From Alloprevotella sp. (GTDB lineage Bacteria > Bacteroidota > Bacteroidia > Bacteroidales > Bacteroidaceae): a DNA stretch of 64,000 bases. Positions 58,828 to 64,000 of the stretch are shown here, piece after piece; the stretch's first letter is position 1; every line of letters begins with the position of its first letter. Both the position numbers and the translations under genes were made by a program. The DNA is taken from NCBI GenBank assembly GCA_017478625.1, contig JAFVDF010000003.1:4279-68278 (forward strand). Reading direction: 5' to 3'. A model generated the notes under the pieces. That model was not told where the DNA came from, searched no databases, and saw only the letters and a program-made list of their open reading frames with translations.

Positions 58828-60189
58828 ATGGAATCAAACAATATATCCAATAACAAAGAAGAGAAAATCGAATGGGGCGGCTGGCTCAATGAGTTCCTGT
58901 GGATTTGTGCGGGCGCAAACCGTGAAGTCCTGAGGCAGTGTCCAACGGATTACTCAAAGTATGCAGGTATTGGTGGAACCATCTTGTTTACTGCCTTAAT
59001 GGCAATGCTATCTGGAGGATATGCATTGTTTACAGTATTTAAAAGTCAGATGCTGGCCGTCTTGTTTGGTGTATTTTGGGGACTACTTATTTTTAATCTT
59101 GATAGATTCATAGTCAATACAATGTACTCTGATGGTAAGGTGACGATTAGCAGGAGGGAGTTCTATAGTGGTTTACCAAGAATAATTATGGCAATATTCC
59201 TCGGTGTCATTATCTCAACCCCACTCGAACTTAAGATATATGAGGATGGAATCAATAACGAAATTGAACACATGAAAGAGGAAGAACTTTCCAAAAGAAC
59301 GGAAAGGCTCGACAATGAGATTAACAAAGAGGAACAACGTAGAGAAGATCTTGAAAATAGAGATGCCGTATCGGCAGGAGTTGGAGGTTTCTCAGCTATA
59401 AATAGCGAGTTAGGGCAACGATTAGGTCAGTTACAAGGGGAACAGCGTTCTTTAAGTGATAGAATTCGTAACAAGCAGCAAGAGTTGAAACGATACTCTC
59501 CGGTAAATTCTCCGAAGCAATATCAAGTCTGTTCTCAAGAAATTCGCAAACTTCAGAATCAGCGAGCTAAGGTTACAAGGGAACTTCATGAGGTAGAATA
59601 TAGTTTATCTCAAAATAATACTGAATACGCAAATGCATTGAGGGAGGCAGATTCGAAAAAACAAAGAGAGATTGCGACAATCAATGAGCGAATAGAACAA
59701 TTAAAGAAATCAGTTGATGACAAAAATGATATTAATATAAAGAAACTGGAGGACGAATTGACAGGTTTTCAAGGTCGAATGGTGGCATTCAATCGGATGA
59801 AAGACAATGAGCCTTCAACAAGAATTGCTGCTTTATTTATTGCCCTCTTGTTTATCGTTATTGAGACAGCCCCTACATTCTTCAAAATGATGATAGCTTC
59901 GGGTCCATATGATGATTATCTTCGGGCTGAAATGCATAAAGTTCGCGTATTGTCAGACAAAAGAATCTCCGATCTCAATGACGAAGTTAACACTGAAGTC
60001 CAAATTTCTACTCAAAAGAATAAAGAGCGTTTAGCCGCAGAAGCACTCGCAAATAAGGAAGTTATGGAAAAAATTGCAAAGGCCCAAGCAGAACTTCTTC
60101 AGACCGCAATAGACAAATGGCGAGAGGAGGAACTTGCTAAGATTAACGAGAATCCATCAGCATATATCCAATCAAATAGTGAAACATAA
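58828..60189 (+). CDS. DUF4407-like membrane protein with long coiled coil
   Basis: FLWICAGA..L..CPTD..KYAGIG, NLDRFIV, STPLEL, about 4 TMs, long coiled coil, IETAP. Confidence 0.78.
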   Translation: MESNNISNNKEEKIEWGGWLNEFLWICAGANREVLRQCPTDYSKYAGIGGTILFTALMAMLSGGYALFTVFKSQMLAVLFGVFWGLLIFNLDRFIVNTMYSDGKVTISRREFYSGLPRIIMAIFLGVIISTPLELKIYEDGINNEIEHMKEEELSKRTERLDNEINKEEQRREDLENRDAVSAGVGGFSAINSELGQRLGQLQGEQRSLSDRIRNKQQELKRYSPVNSPKQYQVCSQEIRKLQNQRAKVTRELHEVEYSLSQNNTEYANALREADSKKQREIATINERIEQLKKSVDDKNDINIKKLEDELTGFQGRMVAFNRMKDNEPSTRIAALFIALLFIVIETAPTFFKMMIASGPYDDYLRAEMHKVRVLSDKRISDLNDEVNTEVQISTQKNKERLAAEALANKEVMEKIAKAQAELLQTAIDKWREEELAKINENPSAYIQSNSET

Positions 60190-60371
60190 TGGAGGATTAT
60201 CAAAACAAGCCTATTTCTTTAACCTGTCACTCCATGTCGTATAGGACAGTATGGACACGAATATCTTTTGGTAAATTTTCAAAAGAGAATCACACAATAG
60301 GCTGGGTCTATATAAAGAGGGGAGGTTTCCTCTTGCAACTAATAGCCCATTCTACTGCAGAGCAGTTATGA
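60189..60371 (+). pseudogene. Short ORF coupled to DUF4407, possibly a truncated sixth operon gene
   Basis: TAATG stop/start overlap; only 60 codons; no motif. Confidence 0.3.
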
Positions 60372-60673
60372 TAGAGAGTCCTAAGGGCTTTGGGACGGAC
60401 AGATGGTGGTCGCCAATCTCTGAAAGAATGGGGGGACTATTTGAGAAAACGTCTCTTTCGATTAACCTCATTGATGTGTTTTGCCCCAAGTCGGTAGGAT
60501 AGCACAAATACGTTATTCTCACAGAAAGGAAGTCTGTCTAATACGACAACAAGGAGCCTGTGCAGACTTTGGCAAATAGAGTTCGGCCGAAAGGGCTACT
60601 TCCAGCAATCGCTAAAATAAGAGGATTTATTCGCAAAAGAGTTTAACCCGTAAATTGGGTCAACAATTAAAGA

Positions 60674-61246
60674 CTAAGCTTCGTCAAAAACGGGTTTTTC
60701 CTCACCTAAAAACAAAAAGCGATAATTGGATCCTTTTGCAGAAGGGAACTGACTCCGCGCGTCAATATCTTCTCGTGAGGACAGATAGGCTACGATACGA
60801 TTGTAACAATCCAGTGCGCTTTCAGCATAGACTACAGAATCGAACGAAGCATTGATGTACTGAAACTTATTAGTTTCTCCAATAGAAATTACTCGCTTAA
60901 AAAGCAGAGAGGCTTGATACCAACCCTTCTGTGCTTTCTCTAATAATTCCTGCTTGGTGTAGGTGCGTTGGGGAGCCGTAAGATTATCGTGTTCACCACT
61001 TGAGTTTTTTCGATGTGCCTTGAATTCTTCCAATGTGTTGACATCTGTCTTGATAAGAATGAAGTAAACGCGTGGGCGAATCTTGTATCGCTTTGGATAA
61101 TTGTTGGTATTTTCAACATATCGGTATATCTCTTGACACAACTCTTCTGTGATATCAAAATCGGATAGCGCAGTTAAGAATTCTATGGCTTCTTCGGCTG
61201 TTTGCACTAGCGTCTCGTGGTCAAAATAACGGATATACAGACTCAT
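60674..61246 (-). CDS. Conserved hypothetical protein
   Basis: 190-aa ORF (YIRYFDHETLV, YPKRYKIRPRVYFILIKT, RSQFPSAKG) downstream of the tRNA cluster. Confidence 0.75.
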   Translation of the reverse strand: MSLYIRYFDHETLVQTAEEAIEFLTALSDFDITEELCQEIYRYVENTNNYPKRYKIRPRVYFILIKTDVNTLEEFKAHRKNSSGEHDNLTAPQRTYTKQELLEKAQKGWYQASLLFKRVISIGETNKFQYINASFDSVVYAESALDCYNRIVAYLSSREDIDARSQFPSAKGSNYRFLFLGEEKPVFDEA

Positions 61247-61343
61247 ATACCAAAGGTGTTAATGGGCAAAAGAATGAAATTGGGTAATTGGCAAGTTCAA
61301 AAGAAATCCCTAAAGCAGAAAACAAAAACAATAAAAAGGGAGG

Positions 61344-61416
61344 AGCGGCAAACGGGGCTCGGACCCGCGACCTCAACCTTGGCAAGGTTGCGCTCTACCA
61401 ACTGAGCTATTGCCGC
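61344..61416 (-). tRNA. tRNA-Gly(GCC)
   Basis: GCGGCAATAGCTCAG...CAACCTT-GCC-AAGGTTG...GGTCCGAG...TTGCCGCT. Confidence 0.93.
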
Positions 61417-61441
61417 AATAATAGAATGAAGAAAAAGAAAG

Positions 61442-61525
61442 TGAAGAGGAGGAGACTCGAACTCCCACGTCGCAATTGACACTACCCCCTCAAAGTAGCG
61501 CGTCTACCAATTCCGCCACCTCTCC
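61442..61525 (-). tRNA. tRNA-Leu(GAG)
   Basis: GGAGAGG...CTACTTT-GAG-GGGGTAG, long variable arm, GTTCGAGT. Confidence 0.92.
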
Positions 61526-61564
61526 ATTTTATTTCCTTTTTCGTCGTATCTCTGAAAAGGGTAG

Positions 61565-61647
61565 TGCCCAGAACAGGACTCGAACCTGCACGTCATTGCT
61601 GACACTAGTACCTGAAACTAGCGCGTCTACCATTCCGCCACCTGGGC
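61565..61647 (-). tRNA. tRNA-Leu(CAG)
   Basis: GCCCAGG...CTAGTTT-CAG-GTACTAG, variable arm, GTTCGAGT. Confidence 0.93.
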
Positions 61648-61713
61648 AATCAGAGATGCTGTCCAACATTCTTGTCGAATAAATCTAAAGAATAGTTGTT
61701 GTTCAAAATGTTG

Positions 61714-61786
61714 AGCGGCAAACGGGGCTCGGACCCGCGACCTCAACCTTGGCAAGGTTGCGCTCTACCAACTGAGCTATTGCCGC
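61714..61786 (-). tRNA. tRNA-Gly(GCC), second identical copy
   Basis: Same sequence as 61344-61416. Confidence 0.93.
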
Positions 61787-61837
61787 ATTGCGTTCAGACA
61801 ATCTACACTAAGATGTCTCTATTGCTTAAAAGCGTTG

Positions 61838-61868
61838 CAAAAATATACGGAAATTTTATATAAGCAAA
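61838..61868 (-). promoter_or_regulatory. Promoter of the Gly-Leu-Leu-Gly tRNA operon
   Basis: Minus strand TTTG-N19-TATTTTTG. Confidence 0.6.
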
Positions 61869-61899
61869 ATATTTGTTTAAAAAACTTTCTGATTTTGCC

Positions 61900-63084
61900 T
61901 TATAATAGTTCCAACTCTTTGAATACGCTTACCAAAATTTGGATACCACGTTCAACTTCTTCCTGAGTATGGCTTGCCATTAGTGCAAAGCGTACCAAGG
62001 TATCTTGAGGTGCGCATGCAGGTGGAATAACGGGATTTATGAAAACGCCCTTATCAAAAGCGAGTTTTGTAACGAAGAATGTCTTTTGAACATCGCGCAC
62101 ATAGAGCGGTATGATAGGACTTTGCGTAGCTCCAATCTCAAATCCTTCTTCTTTGAAGCGTTTCAGCGCGTATTTCGTAACATCCCAGAGGTGTTGGATA
62201 CGTTGAGGTTCACGCTGTATAATATGGAGTGCCTCGCGCGCCGCAGCTGTGGCTGCAGGTGTGGCTGAGGCACTGAAAATATAAGTACGTGCATTATGAC
62301 GTAGCCAATTTATGATTGTCTTATCGGCTGCGATGAAGCCACCAATACTTGCCAACGATTTACTAAAGGTTCCCATTATGAGGTCCACTTCGTCGGTTAA
62401 GCCAAAATGATTACAAACTCCACGACCTTCCTTACCAAATACGCCTAAACCATGAGCCTCGTCAACCATTACAGTTGCTCCATATTCTTTTTTCAAGCGG
62501 ATAATTTCCGGTAGGTTACAGAGGTCGCCTTCCATAGAGAACACACCGTCCACTACAATCAGTTTAACGGAATCGGGAGCACATTTTTTCAGCTGACGCT
62601 CCAGGTCCTCCATGTCGTTATGTTTAAATTTCAGGCAGGTTGCAAAGGCTAATCGACGACCATCTACGATGGAGGCATGGTCGCGATCGTCGCATATAAT
62701 ATAATCATTCTTGCCGACGAGTTGAGGAATAACACCGGAGTTTACGGTAAAGCCTGTGGCGAAGCAAAGTGCTTCATCTTTTCCTACAAAGTCGGCCAAT
62801 TCTTTCTCTAATTGGACATGTATATCCAACGTACCATTCAAGAACCTTGAACCAGCGCATCCGGAACCATATTGGCGCATGGCTTTAATTCCAGCCTCTA
62901 TGACGCGTTCGTCTCCCGTCAGCCCCGTGTAAGCATTGGAGCCGAACATGAGCACTTTGTGACCACCCATTTCAACTTCGGTACCTTGCTTGCCTTCGAT
63001 TTCGCGGAAATAAGGATAGATTCCTTGTTCAATACATTCTTGGGGTAAGGTATATTTTGCTAATCGCTGGTGTAGGATATCCAT
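61900..63084 (-). CDS. spt: Serine palmitoyltransferase (AONS/BioF family PLP enzyme)
   Basis: YPYFR, FGSNAY, GSRFLNGT, DHASI, DEAHG, GTFSKS; closely resembles Bacteroides SPT. Confidence 0.85.
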   Translation of the reverse strand: MDILHQRLAKYTLPQECIEQGIYPYFREIEGKQGTEVEMGGHKVLMFGSNAYTGLTGDERVIEAGIKAMRQYGSGCAGSRFLNGTLDIHVQLEKELADFVGKDEALCFATGFTVNSGVIPQLVGKNDYIICDDRDHASIVDGRRLAFATCLKFKHNDMEDLERQLKKCAPDSVKLIVVDGVFSMEGDLCNLPEIIRLKKEYGATVMVDEAHGLGVFGKEGRGVCNHFGLTDEVDLIMGTFSKSLASIGGFIAADKTIINWLRHNARTYIFSASATPAATAAAREALHIIQREPQRIQHLWDVTKYALKRFKEEGFEIGATQSPIIPLYVRDVQKTFFVTKLAFDKGVFINPVIPPACAPQDTLVRFALMASHTQEEVERGIQILVSVFKELELL

Positions 63085-63249
63085 AAATTAAAGATGTTGT
63101 TTGATAGATTTACGAATAAATAGAATGCAAACTTACAATATTCTTAAATAGAAATGGTACATTTTTGCTCTTTTTGTGCAAAAAAAATAGAAGCTTGGGC
63201 CCATTTCGCGTAATTTACTCTTATTTTGCAAGACGATAAGCAAACCTGT

Positions 63250-64000
63250 ATGGCTAAGCAAAAAATATTCTTTATTATCAATCCGATATCAGGACGAAGG
63301 CGTAAGACGTCTCTATCCAAGCAGATTCATCAAAATATTGATAAGGAGAAATTTGAAATAAAAATATCTTATACTGAATATCCTGGACATGCCACTCAAC
63401 TGGCCGCTGAGGCAATAGAAGCCGGAGTGAATTTTGTGGTGGCAGTCGGAGGGGATGGAACGGTTAATGAAGTGGCGCGAGCTGTTGTGGGTACTTCTTC
63501 GGCTTTGGGAATAATTCCGTGTGGCTCGGGGAATGGGTTGGCCAGGCATCTCCAGATACCTCTGAATGTAAAGAATGCGCTAAAAGTAATTAATGAAATG
63601 GATGTCAGAAGTCTTGATTATGGCATCATTGACGGCCATCCGTTCTTTTGTACTTGTGGAGTAGGTTTTGACGCATTTATTAGTGAGAAATTTGCCAATT
63701 ATGGTAAGCGAGGACTTAAGTCCTATGTAGAGAATGTACTCGGGCAAGGTTTTTCTTACAAATCGGAATATTATGAACTGTCCATTGACGGAGACGTAAA
63801 TACACACAAGGCATTTCTTATTACCTGTGCCAATGCCTCACAGTATGGGAATAATGCATTTATCGCCCCCCATGCTTCGATGGAAGATGGAGTTATGGAC
63901 ATTGTGATGATATCTCCGTTTAATGTGGTAGAAGCGCCTCTTATAGCTACGCAGTTGTTTAGTAAACAACTCCCTAAGAATAATCATATCAAAATGTTCA
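63250..64000 (+). CDS. Diacylglycerol/sphingosine kinase (YegS/DAGK) family protein, 3' end outside window
   Basis: ATG 63250: IINPISG, GHA, VAVGGDGTVNEV, PCGSGNGLAR. Absent from the ORF track because no stop occurs in the window. Confidence 0.88.
   Translation, partial: MAKQKIFFIINPISGRRRKTSLSKQIHQNIDKEKFEIKISYTEYPGHATQLAAEAIEAGVNFVVAVGGDGTVNEVARAVVGTSSALGIIPCGSGNGLARHLQIPLNVKNALKVINEMDVRSLDYGIIDGHPFFCTCGVGFDAFISEKFANYGKRGLKSYVENVLGQGFSYKSEYYELSIDGDVNTHKAFLITCANASQYGNNAFIAPHASMEDGVMDIVMISPFNVVEAPLIATQLFSKQLPKNNHIKMF

Noticed and set aside
53100-60670. Kinase island as an autonomous mobile element
   Set aside because: I saw no integrase/transposase and no flanking direct repeats, so it is treated as an accessory island only.

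Overview
Bacteroidales (Prevotella/Alloprevotella-like) chromosomal DNA, inferred from TAnnTTTG promoters and the genes fkp, spt and TamL. Three parts. (1) About 1-10.9 kb is the end of an accessory island. A tyrosine recombinase sits next to a 24-bp inverted-repeat-flanked promoter segment (candidate inverton, apparently in the OFF orientation). That segment lies upstream of an operon with a PLD-SNF2 helicase, a type IIG-like N6-adenine methyltransferase, a membrane-anchored heptad-repeat protein and a SeqA-like protein. (2) About 10.9-52.7 kb and 60.7-64 kb are core housekeeping genes: AddB-like nuclease, TolC/HlyD/ABC-2 efflux, purT, aguAB, fkp, plsC, pyrC, der, era, fabH, rpmF, ppdK, cdd, nadE, obgE, adk, hpt, spt and 7 tRNAs. 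Three copies of a 3x21-bp palindromic intergenic repeat (TTCAC-RNY-GTGAA) lie in and just after the first of these stretches. (3) About 53.2-60.4 kb is an AT-richer island with a pseudogenised AlbA_2/Schlafen gene and a ~400-nt leader with mutually exclusive terminator/antiterminator folds. The leader precedes a tightly coupled vWA - PP2C - kinase - kinase(Ig-like) - DUF4407 membrane protein operon, an expanded TerY-P-like candidate defence/stress system. All family assignments come from motif recognition by eye; no database searches or folding programs were run.
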